DNA of 64,000 nt from Fibrobacter succinogenes (GCA_902800815.1 CADCGB010000017.1:46520-110519), one strand, 5' to 3'; positions 26,900-36,807 are shown, numbered from the stretch's first letter. Numbers and translations are program-made. Notes: generated by a model from the sequence alone, not told the origin.

Positions 26900-28438
26900 A
26901 TGGATATACTGCTTTTCAACCTCATCTGGGTCATCCCGCTCTTAACGGTACTCGTCTGCATCCCGATTCCCGCCTCGCACGCGAAGTTGCTCCGCGGTCT
27001 GCACACTGCATCGGCAAGCGCAGTCCTCCTCATGGTATGCTATCTCGCCTACCGCGTGTTCATGCTTTCGGGTACACCCGCAAGCGATGCGGCCTCCCCG
27101 CTCGTGCTGCGGTTCCTTACCGACATTCCCTGGCTTACGATGTTCAACGCGCACTACATCGTGGGTGCGGACGGCCTCAATATTCTCCTGCTCGCGCTCA
27201 CGGCGTTTATCGTGTGGGGCGGCGTTCTGGTAAGCTACAACATCAAGGGCAACCAGAAGGTATTCTTCGCGCTCATCCAGTTGCTCGCCACGAGCGTGTA
27301 CGGCGTGTACATGAGTTTCGACCTGGTGCTGTTCTTCGTGTTCTACGAGATGGAAGCGCTGTGCATGTACCTGATGATTGCCTGCTACGGCAGCGGACGC
27401 AGGGACTACGGCGGCAAGAAACTCACGTTGACGCTCGCGTTCGGCTCCTCGATGATTCTTGCGACCCTGTTCGGGCTCTACTTCGAAAGCGGTGCAAACA
27501 GCTGGAACCTCATCGAAATCGCAAAGACGACCATCCCGATGGAATTCCAGATGTGGGCCTTCCCGCTCATGTTCATGGGATTTGCAGTTTCGAGTTCCCT
27601 GTTCCCGTTCCACTTCTGGAGTCCGGACGGCCACTCCGCAGCCCCCACCGCGGTCTCGATGCTTGCGGCCGGCGTGATGATGAAGATGGGTGCCTACGGG
27701 TGCCTGCGCGTCGCCATGTTCCTGATGCCCGAGGCGGCAAAGGTCTGGCTCCCCTACGTGGTGGCACTCCTGATATTCAACGTGGTTCTCGGCCCCTTCA
27801 TTGCGCTTAGGCACAAGGACCTCAAGTACATAACCGCCTACAGCTCGATTAGCCACCTCGGCCTCATATTCCTCGGGCTTGCGGCAATGACCCCGGTCGG
27901 CCTGCGCGGCGCAAGCCTGCAGATGATTTCGCACGGGTTCCTCACCGGGCTCTTCTTCGCGACCATCGGCATGATCTACGAACGCACGCATACCCGCGAC
28001 ATCACCGAGATGGGCGGCATCATGCGCAAGATGCCCTTCCTGGGCGTCGGATTCGTGATTGCGGGCTTCGCGGGCCTCGGCCTTCCCGGATTCAGCGGGT
28101 TCATCGCCGAAAGCAACATCTTCATTGGCGCGTTCCAGCAGGAATCGACCCTCACGCGCATCGTGACCATACTAGCCATCCTGAGTATCACGACGACTGC
28201 CGTTTACATATTGCAGACGGCGAACCGCATGCTGCACGGGCCGCTCCCGCAAAAGTACGAGGGCCTTACCGACGGCTGCTTCCGCGAGAAGCTCGTCATT
28301 GTCGTGCTCGTCGCGTGCCTCCTGTTCATAGGCGTTTGCCCCGGTCCGTTCGCCGACCTGCTCGACCAGAGCATCGCACCGATATTTGCAAAGATTTCTG
28401 CGGCCACCCAGCCCGTCACCAGCGGGATTGGAGGTTAA
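26900..28438 (+). CDS. nuoM: NADH-quinone oxidoreductase subunit M
   Basis: GADGLN, FPFHFWSPDGHSAAPT, AYSSISHLG, GLPGFSGFIAE. Confidence 0.95.
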   Translation: MDILLFNLIWVIPLLTVLVCIPIPASHAKLLRGLHTASASAVLLMVCYLAYRVFMLSGTPASDAASPLVLRFLTDIPWLTMFNAHYIVGADGLNILLLALTAFIVWGGVLVSYNIKGNQKVFFALIQLLATSVYGVYMSFDLVLFFVFYEMEALCMYLMIACYGSGRRDYGGKKLTLTLAFGSSMILATLFGLYFESGANSWNLIEIAKTTIPMEFQMWAFPLMFMGFAVSSSLFPFHFWSPDGHSAAPTAVSMLAAGVMMKMGAYGCLRVAMFLMPEAAKVWLPYVVALLIFNVVLGPFIALRHKDLKYITAYSSISHLGLIFLGLAAMTPVGLRGASLQMISHGFLTGLFFATIGMIYERTHTRDITEMGGIMRKMPFLGVGFVIAGFAGLGLPGFSGFIAESNIFIGAFQQESTLTRIVTILAILSITTTAVYILQTANRMLHGPLPQKYEGLTDGCFREKLVIVVLVACLLFIGVCPGPFADLLDQSIAPIFAKISAATQPVTSGIGG

Positions 28439-28441
28439 CAC

Positions 28442-29884
28442 ATGTTCGATTTCAATATTCCCGGCTTTATCGTACCCGACATTCTCCTGCTCATTTTCCC
28501 GTTCATCGTCATCGGGAGCAGGCTTTTCTGCAGTGCGCAATCCAAGGTGCCCTGGCGCATCGCGAACATCGGGTTCATCGCCATATTCGTGCTGTTGAAC
28601 CTCATCCCGATTGCCACAGGCGAAGGCAGGTTCTTCATTACCAACTGGCGCGTCGATGACTTCGGCGTGCTCATGCGCGAAGTGCTCATGGTTTCGGCAA
28701 TTCTCGGAATCTGGTTCGCGAAGGACTACTTCGAGCACGGTGCAGATGGCAAGCCGCAAATGCACCAGATTGCAGAATTCATCGGCGCAATCGCGTTCGC
28801 GACATTCGGCGGGTTTACGGTCGTTTCGGCCTGCGACATGCTCACGCTCTTCCTCGGGCTCGAAATCGCGACCATCCCGATGTACGCCCTCACCGCATGG
28901 AACAAAAAGGACCAGCTCGGGAGCGAAGCCGCTACCAAGTATATTTTGATGGGCTCCGTCGCCACGGCGTTCGAACTCTTCGGTTTCAGTTACCTTTACG
29001 GCTTCGCGGGCTCGCTCCACTTCAGCGAAATCCAGGCCGCTGTCGCTACGGGCACAAGCCCGCTCCTCTGGGTTGCGGTACTCTTCCTCTTCTGCGGAAT
29101 CGGATTCAAGCTCACGCTGTTCCCGTTCTACACCTGGGCCCCGGACGTTTACGAAGGCGCTCCGACGCCCGTGACGGCAGTACTTTCCGTTACCTCCAAG
29201 GCGACCGCCATCGCCTTCCTCGCCGTGCTCGTTTTCGGCCCGCTCCAGCCCGTCATCGACAAGATCAACCCGCTTATCGCGCTCCTTGCCGGCACCACGC
29301 TCTTCGTGGGTAACCTCGGCGCACTCAAGCAGAGCAGGCTCCGCAGGTTCATGGCCTACAGTTCCATCGCGCAGGCGGGCTATATCATGGTAGCGCTCCT
29401 CGGGCCAGAGGCGACCGCGAAGACGGCCATCATCTACTACCTGTTCGTGTATGCCGTATCGAACTACCTCGCGTTCTTTATCTTCGGCATCATCGGGCAC
29501 CACCGCGAAGAAACGTTCGCGTCCCTCCGCGGGCTTTCCAAGCAAGACGTGAACCTCGCCATCGCGCTCGCCATCTCGATGTTCAGCCTTGCGGGCATCC
29601 CCCCGCTTGCCGGCTTCTTCGGCAAATTCCATCTGTTCTTCTGCGGTGCGGCCAACGGGCACTACATGCTTGTCGCCTTTGCCGTCCTGAACAACGTACT
29701 CGCGCTGTTCTACTACATCCAGCTTATCAAGAGCGCCTGGGTGGACGAACCCGACGGACACCTGACCCCGCTACGACTCACCAAGAGGCAGCGCGGCGTC
29801 ATTATACTCCTCTCCGTAATGGTGGTGATTCTCGGATTCCTGCCGTTCCTGAGCAACAACGTCTTCGCAGGATTCAACTTCTAG
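28442..29884 (+). CDS. nuoN: NADH-quinone oxidoreductase subunit N
   Basis: EAATKYILMG, FPFYTWAPDVYEGAPTPV, RRFMAYSSIAQAGY, SLAGIPPLAGFFGK. Confidence 0.95.
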   Translation: MFDFNIPGFIVPDILLLIFPFIVIGSRLFCSAQSKVPWRIANIGFIAIFVLLNLIPIATGEGRFFITNWRVDDFGVLMREVLMVSAILGIWFAKDYFEHGADGKPQMHQIAEFIGAIAFATFGGFTVVSACDMLTLFLGLEIATIPMYALTAWNKKDQLGSEAATKYILMGSVATAFELFGFSYLYGFAGSLHFSEIQAAVATGTSPLLWVAVLFLFCGIGFKLTLFPFYTWAPDVYEGAPTPVTAVLSVTSKATAIAFLAVLVFGPLQPVIDKINPLIALLAGTTLFVGNLGALKQSRLRRFMAYSSIAQAGYIMVALLGPEATAKTAIIYYLFVYAVSNYLAFFIFGIIGHHREETFASLRGLSKQDVNLAIALAISMFSLAGIPPLAGFFGKFHLFFCGAANGHYMLVAFAVLNNVLALFYYIQLIKSAWVDEPDGHLTPLRLTKRQRGVIILLSVMVVILGFLPFLSNNVFAGFNF

Positions 29885-29901
29885 TCTAGGGATTTTCGCG
29901 G

Positions 29902-30252
29902 CTATATGACCGCGTCAATCTTTTCATTCCAGTGGTCCGTAGTTTCACGGGCCACTTCGTTTCCGCAGTCATAGATACACAGGAAGCAAATTTCGTTCAC
30001 AACTTCGTAATCGGAACCGCCGTTGAACACGTTCGCGTTGCCATACTCTTCGCGGTCTTTCCACACGTAGACTTTGCAGGAATTCTGCGCGGAGACAGCC
30101 TTGCAGTAGGCGGCAAGCATGTCTTCGGTAAGGTCGGCGGCAACATTCGCGGCACCCGCTGCAACGGGCGACGCGAGGATTTCGGCAAGCGAAATGATGC
30201 AAGTGCCGTCCTTGGCCAAGATTCGCCCTGCGATGTTGAATTCGACTTCCAT
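29902..30252 (-). CDS. Hypothetical protein
   Basis: 116-aa ORF filling the gap, co-oriented with the upstream methyltransferase gene. Confidence 0.7.
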   Translation of the reverse strand: MEVEFNIAGRILAKDGTCIISLAEILASPVAAGAANVAADLTEDMLAAYCKAVSAQNSCKVYVWKDREEYGNANVFNGGSDYEVVNEICFLCIYDCGNEVARETTDHWNEKIDAVI

Positions 30253-30276
30253 AGTTTAATTGTTTATTGCGGGTTG

Positions 30277-31077
30277 TTACTGCCCGCAAGCCTCTTCCAT
30301 CTTTTCAGCAGCTTCTTTAGCGTCTTTGGCGGCCTTTTCTGCCTTCTCGGCGGCATGCTCGAGGCGTGCGGGCTTGCCGGCAAGATTACGCAACAGCCCG
30401 AAGAGAGCCGAAAGTTCGTTGCGCGTGGGGTGCAGGCGCTGCACGAGCGTATTGAGGAAATTATCGCGCCACGCCTGGTCGTGGTACTGCCCCGTCAGAT
30501 AGCGGTCTAGGAACTTCTTGAATCCGTCAATCTGCTGGATTGTCGCGGGAGCCGTCTCGCAGGCACCCTTCGTTCCGCGCTTCGCACGGCCTTCCCCGTT
30601 CGCAAGCGCACCGCTGCGGCAGAGTTCATACAGGCCAATGGAAACAGCCTGCCCCAGGTTCAGGCTCATGAGTCCCGGCACCGGGATTTCGCACTGGTAC
30701 GTACAGGCGTTCACCTCTTCGAGCGCAAGCCCGCAGGATTCTCGCCCGAACACGAGCGCAATCGTCCCGTCTTCGGGAAGCAATTCCGACAGGTTCTGCA
30801 CCATCGTATGCTTGATGGAACTCGCGAAAATGCGACGGCTGTACGCGACCGCGCAGGAGCAGTCGCCGATGGCGTCTTCAAACCTGTGGACCACATGGGC
30901 ATTGTCTAGAATATCGTGGCTGTTTGCCGCCGTGTGGTAGGAATTTTCAATCACCTTGTCGCGCTTCGGGTAGACGATATACAGTTCCGGCAACGCATAG
31001 CAGTGCATGGCGCGCGCGACAAAGCCCACGTTATGGGGATGTTCCGGTTCAACAAGTACGACTCTAAATTTACGCAT
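30277..31077 (-). CDS. SPOUT RNA methyltransferase (TrmJ/LasT family)
   Basis: VVLVEPEHPHNVGFVARAM, LVFGRESCGL, SLNLGQAVSIGLYE. Confidence 0.9.
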   Translation of the reverse strand: MRKFRVVLVEPEHPHNVGFVARAMHCYALPELYIVYPKRDKVIENSYHTAANSHDILDNAHVVHRFEDAIGDCSCAVAYSRRIFASSIKHTMVQNLSELLPEDGTIALVFGRESCGLALEEVNACTYQCEIPVPGLMSLNLGQAVSIGLYELCRSGALANGEGRAKRGTKGACETAPATIQQIDGFKKFLDRYLTGQYHDQAWRDNFLNTLVQRLHPTRNELSALFGLLRNLAGKPARLEHAAEKAEKAAKDAKEAAEKMEEACGQ

Positions 31078-31102
31078 AATCAAAACTCTTAAAAATCTTC
31101 CT

Positions 31103-31144
31103 GGATCCTTCGACTACGGGCTGCGCCCTCCGCTCAGGATGACA
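31103..31144. repeat. Solo REP-like palindromic element
   Basis: ggatccttcgactacgggctgcgccctccgctcaggatgaca, 39/42 identical to 40464-40505. Confidence 0.9.
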
Positions 31145-31146
31145 CC

Positions 31147-32022
31147 TTAGTTAATTTTCCAATTAAAACCTTTCCCGCGGATTTCGTTCTCAATCGTTTC
31201 GCCGGGCTGGATTTCCGCGCCGGCATAAATCACGGAATGCCGGATTTTCACGCCCGCGGGCAGTTCCACGCCGGGTACGACGACGGCTTCGTTCGGGTCA
31301 CGGCCCAGTTCCTCAAGGCGCGCCTCCACCGCGTGCATCAAGCCCTCGGGCGACCCCATGTCTATCCAGGTGGCATTCAGCTGGCTCATGTCCACAAACG
31401 GGGCACAACCGCGGGCAATTTCCTGCTTCCAGAATTCACGTATATCGAATTCGCCTTCCCGGATGCGCGAGAGGGCCGCATCGCTGTACCAAGACACACC
31501 GGAGAACGTCGAGGGCGTGCCTTCCGTAGCACCGAACCGCCCGGCAATGCCCGCCAAGCGGCCATCTGTACCTACCCGGAAGGTGTTCACCTTCGGGAAA
31601 TCCACCGCAAGGAGCGCTACCTGCGGGCCGTTTTCTAAAGATGCCCGCGACACGGCGCTTTCCACAAACTTCTTCAGGTCAAAACTACAGTAGGCATCGC
31701 CGTTCATCACGAGCAGGCCGCCGCGGTAACCTGCAGCATAAATGCGGTGCAGCGGCCCCGCCGTCCCAAGGATTTCGGGCTGTTCCACCCACACCTTCTC
31801 GAATCCGAGAGTTTCGCCCGCCGCGACCACCTGTTTTGCCAAGTAATGCGCATTCGCATGCAGGCGCACATCGCCAATCGCACGCGCCTTGCGGGCCTGC
31901 AAATCAAGAATCGAAGCATCCACCACGGGCACGAGCGGCTTGGGCACATCGTTCGTGAGCGGGCGAAGCCGCGTCCCAAGCCCCGCCGCCAGAATCAAGA
32001 CATTCAGGGAACAGTTTTCCAT
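31147..32022 (-). CDS. Sugar-phosphate nucleotidyltransferase (MurU/GDP-Man pyrophosphorylase-like)
   Basis: ILAAGLGTRLRPLTNDVPKPLVPV, ILGTAG, VMNGD, WIDMGSP. Confidence 0.88.
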   Translation of the reverse strand: MENCSLNVLILAAGLGTRLRPLTNDVPKPLVPVVDASILDLQARKARAIGDVRLHANAHYLAKQVVAAGETLGFEKVWVEQPEILGTAGPLHRIYAAGYRGGLLVMNGDAYCSFDLKKFVESAVSRASLENGPQVALLAVDFPKVNTFRVGTDGRLAGIAGRFGATEGTPSTFSGVSWYSDAALSRIREGEFDIREFWKQEIARGCAPFVDMSQLNATWIDMGSPEGLMHAVEARLEELGRDPNEAVVVPGVELPAGVKIRHSVIYAGAEIQPGETIENEIRGKGFNWKIN

Positions 32023-32050
32023 TGCCTCAAATGTAGAAAAACGCCCAATT

Positions 32051-32389
32051 TCACCTTGGTTTAATTCTTTGTGGTCTTTGTTTTTTCGGAGTCATTTCAG
32101 CCACAAGCCTTGCCGCAAGTTCTACAAGGGCATCATCCACAAGCGTCTGGTAATGACCTCCGCGGGTGCTCGCATACTCACGAATAGCATCCACAGCCCC
32201 GGAATGCAAACGGAATGTGTATGGTTTCTTCGCTGTCGCCCTAAATTTGGCAGAGCGCACCGTCAGCGACGAATCGAAAAAGGCCTTCGTCTCTTCCCTG
32301 GACACAACCTCAAAATCACCGTTTTCCACGGATTCCATGAGAGAACGCTCATCATCATCAAACGGCTTGTTGATAAACTTTCTAGCCAT
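32051..32389 (-). CDS. CopG/BrnA-like antitoxin (ribbon-helix-helix)
   Basis: Acidic N-terminus; KKPYTFRLHSGAVDAIREYA...HYQTLV; overlaps the toxin gene. Confidence 0.7.
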   Translation of the reverse strand: MARKFINKPFDDDERSLMESVENGDFEVVSREETKAFFDSSLTVRSAKFRATAKKPYTFRLHSGAVDAIREYASTRGGHYQTLVDDALVELAARLVAEMTPKKQRPQRIKPR

Positions 32390-32663
32390 TACCAAACTCC
32401 TTTTCCTTGTTAAAAACTCTCGACTTGAATGCAGTCACCAGCCTTGCCCTGTTCTTACCGACCTTCACATATGGGGCGCAAACGGCATAATCGTCAATCC
32501 TTACCACGAACATTCTCTGGTCAGGATGGTCCTTCTGGTTCTTGACCTTTACATCAATGAACCTGTCGGCCCTGACTTCGCCTTCGACGTCCTCAAACCT
32601 GATACCTCTTTCTGCGAGCACTTTCTCGGCTTTTTTCAAGTCCCACTCGAAATCAATCTCCAT
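32382..32663 (-). CDS. BrnT-like type II toxin (RelE-fold ribonuclease)
   Basis: FEWDLKKAEKVLAERGIRFEDV...RLVTAFKSR; 93 aa, toxin-first order. Confidence 0.78.
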   Translation of the reverse strand: MEIDFEWDLKKAEKVLAERGIRFEDVEGEVRADRFIDVKVKNQKDHPDQRMFVVRIDDYAVCAPYVKVGKNRARLVTAFKSRVFNKEKEFGNG

Positions 32664-32678
32664 TTAACAACCTCTCTT

Positions 32679-32712
32679 AATATATCAAAATGTAATACAA
32701 ATGTCAATACAT
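32679..32712 (-). promoter_or_regulatory. Sigma70-type promoter of the TA operon with overlapping operator-like repeats
   Basis: Minus strand TTGACA (32707-32702), 17 nt, TATATT (32684-32679); aaatgtaatac and aaatgtcaatac repeats overlap it. Confidence 0.75.
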
Positions 32713-32745
32713 CTTTAGAGGCGCTCCCTTTCATCTAAAATTCAG

Positions 32746-32788
32746 AAAAAAAAGAACGCACCTTGCCTTTCCATAGCAAGATGCGTTC
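32746..32788 (-). terminator. Rho-independent terminator on the minus strand
   Basis: Minus strand gaacgcatcttgc-loop-gcaaggtgcgttc followed by a T8 tract. Confidence 0.75.
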
Positions 32789-32972
32789 GGGCATTAATGT
32801 ACCTAAAAATCAAAAATCTGGCAAGGGGCCCAAGAAATTTTTACATAGCGCTTGCGAACGCACTCAAAAAATGTATATTCAAAAGGTAGATATTACAGCA
32901 ACGCTTTATGAGCCGATGGGCAGCACCAAAACATAAAGAATCAAAAAACAAATCTCATAAAAAAAATTAGCA

Positions 32973-33497
32973 ATGTTCTGTCCGAATTGTGGTGAACAAT
33001 ACAATTTTTCAGAGCCCCGCTGCCCTTGGTGCGGAGCGTCAAAACCTCATAAAGAATCTTCTAACGAAAAAGATGAGACAGTCGAGATCGAGGAAAAAGA
33101 AAAGATCCCGCTCAAGACCCGATTGTATTCCAAGCGCTATGTCGCAGCGCTTATTTTATTCATAATCGGAATTACATGTCTTACCGTGACAACGAGAGAC
33201 GCATTTATTGCCGAATATCCGGATATAATAAACTTCAATTCCACTTATTTTGTTGCATTCGTTTTTTTAATATGCATTCCCTTTTTAGGGGTCTTGGGAT
33301 TTATGTACGACAGTGAGCAAAAAAGGAATCCTCGGGATGACTCTAAAAACGACCTTGTTTCGATGTTCAAAACGCAGTTGCAATTCTATTATCTGGCACC
33401 ATTCAAGTACGGCTACCGTTGTATAAAAGAACGAAACTACAAGGGTCTAGTCCTTTTTGCAACATTCATTTCAGCACTTGCATTTTTATTTGTCTAG
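32973..33497 (+). CDS. AT-rich membrane protein with N-terminal zinc ribbon
   Basis: CPNC...CPWC followed by three hydrophobic segments. Confidence 0.75.
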   Translation: MFCPNCGEQYNFSEPRCPWCGASKPHKESSNEKDETVEIEEKEKIPLKTRLYSKRYVAALILFIIGITCLTVTTRDAFIAEYPDIINFNSTYFVAFVFLICIPFLGVLGFMYDSEQKRNPRDDSKNDLVSMFKTQLQFYYLAPFKYGYRCIKERNYKGLVLFATFISALAFLFV

Positions 33498-33500
33498 GGG

Positions 33501-35402
33501 CTACCGGGCAATATTCACGCGATGCACCGCCGAACCTGCGCGCACAAGATACGAGCCGGCCCGTTCCACCTGGAAATCGAGCCCGCGCCGCCCCTGCAAA
33601 TAGCCGGAACGCAGCACCCTGCCCTGCATATCCATGATGGCGACAGGAGCGCCGTTCGTTCCCGATACGTGAACGTTACGACCCGACACCTGCACGTGGA
33701 ATTTTGCACCCGCCACAGGCGAAAAGCCCGCAACCCGCGTAGACCCACCAGGCACCTTCACCTCAATATAGTCCACGTCCACATGCCCCCAGTTCTTGAT
33801 GATGGCGAAGGTATTGGCCCCCGCGTTGAGCGTCACCTGCACGGGCATATCCTCAAAGGCAGCGGCGGCTCCACCCAAGTTACCCTCAAGCGTTACCGGG
33901 AATTCCTGAGATTTCACCTTCGTCCCGTTTACATGGATATCCTGAGTCTTGGCGTTTGAAGCGGTGTTGCTGAAACGGATTACAACCTCATACTGCCCGG
34001 CCGCAGGAACACTGATATTGAACGTGATGTTGCCCGTCGTTTCGGTACGCATATACTTGCCACCCGACGCAGCATCATTCGTCTTCTCGGTGCACCCGGT
34101 GCAAGTCGCGGCCTCCGCCTCGTAGCGCACGGCCTCATAGGATTCATTCCCCGCCGAAGAGCTGGACGGGCTGACCGAGGAACTGGATGGATTGACCGAC
34201 GCGCTAGACGGCGGCGTAAAGCTCGACGAATATACGATCTCGGACGTCGGAATTCTGAAAAGTTCCTCGCAGTCGTTGCGAACTTCCCGTATTTCCTCTA
34301 CCACGGTATTTTTGCTTTCTACGCAGTCATTCGAATCGATTGCGCTGTTGTCGCACCAGCCGTTCTGCGCGTATTTGTCGACGCTGACCACGTAGCCAAC
34401 AGCTTTCTCGTATTTTTCAATATTACTCCCAGCCTTATTCCCGTTTGACGGCATCACCACTTCTTCCACAAAATAGTTGAAATGGGGATTGTAATAAGGC
34501 AGCCCCTGTTTTTTGGAATTATAGAAGTAGTTTCCGGTAACAGTCCAAGAAGCGCCCTTCATGTCGATATTTGCGTCGTCATAGGACACCTCGCCGTTGT
34601 AATCAAGACTGTCCCCAATGAACATATTGCCCTGGACAAATCCCCTGACCGTTCCTTCCTTCACGTCGATGTTCTCGGCAGTAGTCCCGCTGACGATGTT
34701 GCATGTGATTTTCGTATCGTTCACGCGCCAGTCATAGCCGCTATAGCGATGTTGTGAGGCGTCAGTCCCCCAAAAGCCAGCATCCCTGTCGGCCTGCTGG
34801 GAAGAGGCCCACCCCGTATTGTAGGTTCCGACATAGATGCCTTCACCGTACTTGGCAATTTCATAGCCAGAACCGTGGATAAAGTTGCGGTTCAGTGTCA
34901 CCTGTTGGCTGGAATCGCGAACATGGACAATCTCATTTCCCGTGTGGTACACCTCGCAGTCTTCCATCAGGGCCCCGACGGAATTGTCGAATACCACGCC
35001 CTTGCTGAAGGTATGGATCTTGAGGTTTTTAAGAACAACATAATTTCCCGTTACGTGAATGCCGTAGTTGTGCTTGTAATCGGAACTGAAAATCTCCGGA
35101 GGATTCTTTGGGTCCGAACCGGCAAGGACAACGGGATTGGCCTTCGTGCCGTCGGCACCGAGCCAGATGAGGCCGCAGTCGCGACCAGTCTCGTTCACGA
35201 ACTTGTCGTTCTTGCAGTTGGATGTGGGCAGTTCATACTTGCCCGGGGCAACCCAGATGGTATCGCCCGCCTTCGCGCCAAGCGTCGCCGAAGTGAGGTC
35301 GGCGACGGTAGAAACATTGACCTGGTTGGCAAATACCGCCGTAGAAGAAACAAGCGCAGAAGCGCAGATAATGCGCATTGCCGTAACGAAAGATTTTTCC
35401 AT
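33501..35402 (-). CDS. Secreted right-handed beta-helix protein with CBM35/CBM6-like module and T9SS-like C-terminal domain
   Basis: Signal peptide; AKAGDTIWVAPGKY, GEGIYVG, ENIDVKEGT; Ser linker; RYEAEAA...WGHVDVDYIEV; IMDMQGRVL...GSYLVR. Confidence 0.82.
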   Translation of the reverse strand: MEKSFVTAMRIICASALVSSTAVFANQVNVSTVADLTSATLGAKAGDTIWVAPGKYELPTSNCKNDKFVNETGRDCGLIWLGADGTKANPVVLAGSDPKNPPEIFSSDYKHNYGIHVTGNYVVLKNLKIHTFSKGVVFDNSVGALMEDCEVYHTGNEIVHVRDSSQQVTLNRNFIHGSGYEIAKYGEGIYVGTYNTGWASSQQADRDAGFWGTDASQHRYSGYDWRVNDTKITCNIVSGTTAENIDVKEGTVRGFVQGNMFIGDSLDYNGEVSYDDANIDMKGASWTVTGNYFYNSKKQGLPYYNPHFNYFVEEVVMPSNGNKAGSNIEKYEKAVGYVVSVDKYAQNGWCDNSAIDSNDCVESKNTVVEEIREVRNDCEELFRIPTSEIVYSSSFTPPSSASVNPSSSSVSPSSSSAGNESYEAVRYEAEAATCTGCTEKTNDAASGGKYMRTETTGNITFNISVPAAGQYEVVIRFSNTASNAKTQDIHVNGTKVKSQEFPVTLEGNLGGAAAAFEDMPVQVTLNAGANTFAIIKNWGHVDVDYIEVKVPGGSTRVAGFSPVAGAKFHVQVSGRNVHVSGTNGAPVAIMDMQGRVLRSGYLQGRRGLDFQVERAGSYLVRAGSAVHRVNIAR

Positions 35403-35493
35403 AAACACCTTCCTTTCTTTTCAACCTATGAATATACATCCTTGAGCGCGCTTGTGCAAATATTTCGCAAAAATTTCTAAATTGTGTGACACT

Positions 35494-36807
35494 ATGAGCA
35501 TTTCTATCCCCCAGCTGCCCAAGGGCACGCGCGATTTTTACCCGGAAGCGCAACGCATCCAGAACTACATTTTCGATACCTGGCGCAGTGTCGCCGAATC
35601 TTTCGCCTACGAAGAATATGAAGGCCCCATGTTTGAGCATCTTGAGCTCTATACGGGCAAGTCCGGCGAAGAAATCGTAAGCCAGCTCTACAACTTCAAG
35701 GACAAGGGCGACCGCGAAATCGCGCTCCGCCCCGAAATGACCCCGACGCTCGCCCGCCTCGTCATCCAGAAGGCCCGCGAACTCAAGAAGCCCTTCAAGT
35801 GGTTCAGCATGCCGCGCCTTTTCCGTTACGAGAAGGCTCAGAAAGGCCGCCTGCGCGAGTTCTTCCAGCTGAACATGGACATCATCGGTACCGAGAGCAT
35901 CTACGCCGAAGCCGACCTGCTCGCCTCCATCGCGACGATGCTCCGCAAGTTCGGCCTGAAGGACGGCGAATTTGCGATTGGCGTCTCTAGCCGTAAGCTT
36001 TTGGCCACCTACCTCGAAGAGATTGGCGCCCCGAACCCCGCACTCGTTTACCCGGTACTCGACCGCCGCCTGAAAATCGGGCCCGAAGCATTCGCAAAGG
36101 CTCTGGCCGACGCAGGCCTCTCCGAAGACCAGGTGAAAAAGCTCGATGACTTCATGAGTTGCAAGAGCATCGAAGAAGTCCGCGCCGCCGTGAAGAGTGA
36201 AAACGCGACCGCCGCCCTCGCCGAAATCGAGGACCTGTTCGCCACGCTGACTGCAGCCGGTTACGGCGAATGCGTGAACCTCGACCTCTCTATCGTGCGC
36301 GGCCTCGCCTACTACACGGGCATCGTGTTCGAGGTGTTCGACAAAGGCAAGTCCATGCGCGCTATCGCTGGCGGTGGCCGTTACGACAGCCTCACCGAAA
36401 AGCTCGGCGGCGAACGCATCCCGGGCGTGGGATTCGGCATGGGCGACGTGGTCTTGGCCGACCTGCTCGCCGAGCACAACCTGCTCCCCAGCCCCAAGCA
36501 GAGCGTGGACTTCTACATTGCAAGCTTCACGAATGACATGAAGAAGGTCTTTGAGACCGCCCAGATGTTCCGTGACGCGAAGTTCGGCAACTGTTCCGTA
36601 AGCCACCCGCTCGCCCCCATGAAGATGGGCAAGCAGCTCGACCAGGCGAACTACCAGGGCGCAAAGATTGTCGTCTACGTGGACGGTTCCAAGGCCGGCG
36701 CAGGCGAATTCGAATACAAGGACATGCGCGTGGGCGAAATGCTCGTGGGCAGCCCCGACGCCATCGTTGAACGCAGCAAGATGAACATTGAACCGAAGAA
36801 AGCATAA
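35494..36807 (+). CDS. hisS: Histidine--tRNA ligase
   Basis: PKGTRDFYP, LRPEMTP, FRYEKAQKGRLREFFQ, VRGLAYYTG, GGGRYDSL. Confidence 0.96.
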   Translation: MSISIPQLPKGTRDFYPEAQRIQNYIFDTWRSVAESFAYEEYEGPMFEHLELYTGKSGEEIVSQLYNFKDKGDREIALRPEMTPTLARLVIQKARELKKPFKWFSMPRLFRYEKAQKGRLREFFQLNMDIIGTESIYAEADLLASIATMLRKFGLKDGEFAIGVSSRKLLATYLEEIGAPNPALVYPVLDRRLKIGPEAFAKALADAGLSEDQVKKLDDFMSCKSIEEVRAAVKSENATAALAEIEDLFATLTAAGYGECVNLDLSIVRGLAYYTGIVFEVFDKGKSMRAIAGGGRYDSLTEKLGGERIPGVGFGMGDVVLADLLAEHNLLPSPKQSVDFYIASFTNDMKKVFETAQMFRDAKFGNCSVSHPLAPMKMGKQLDQANYQGAKIVVYVDGSKAGAGEFEYKDMRVGEMLVGSPDAIVERSKMNIEPKKA

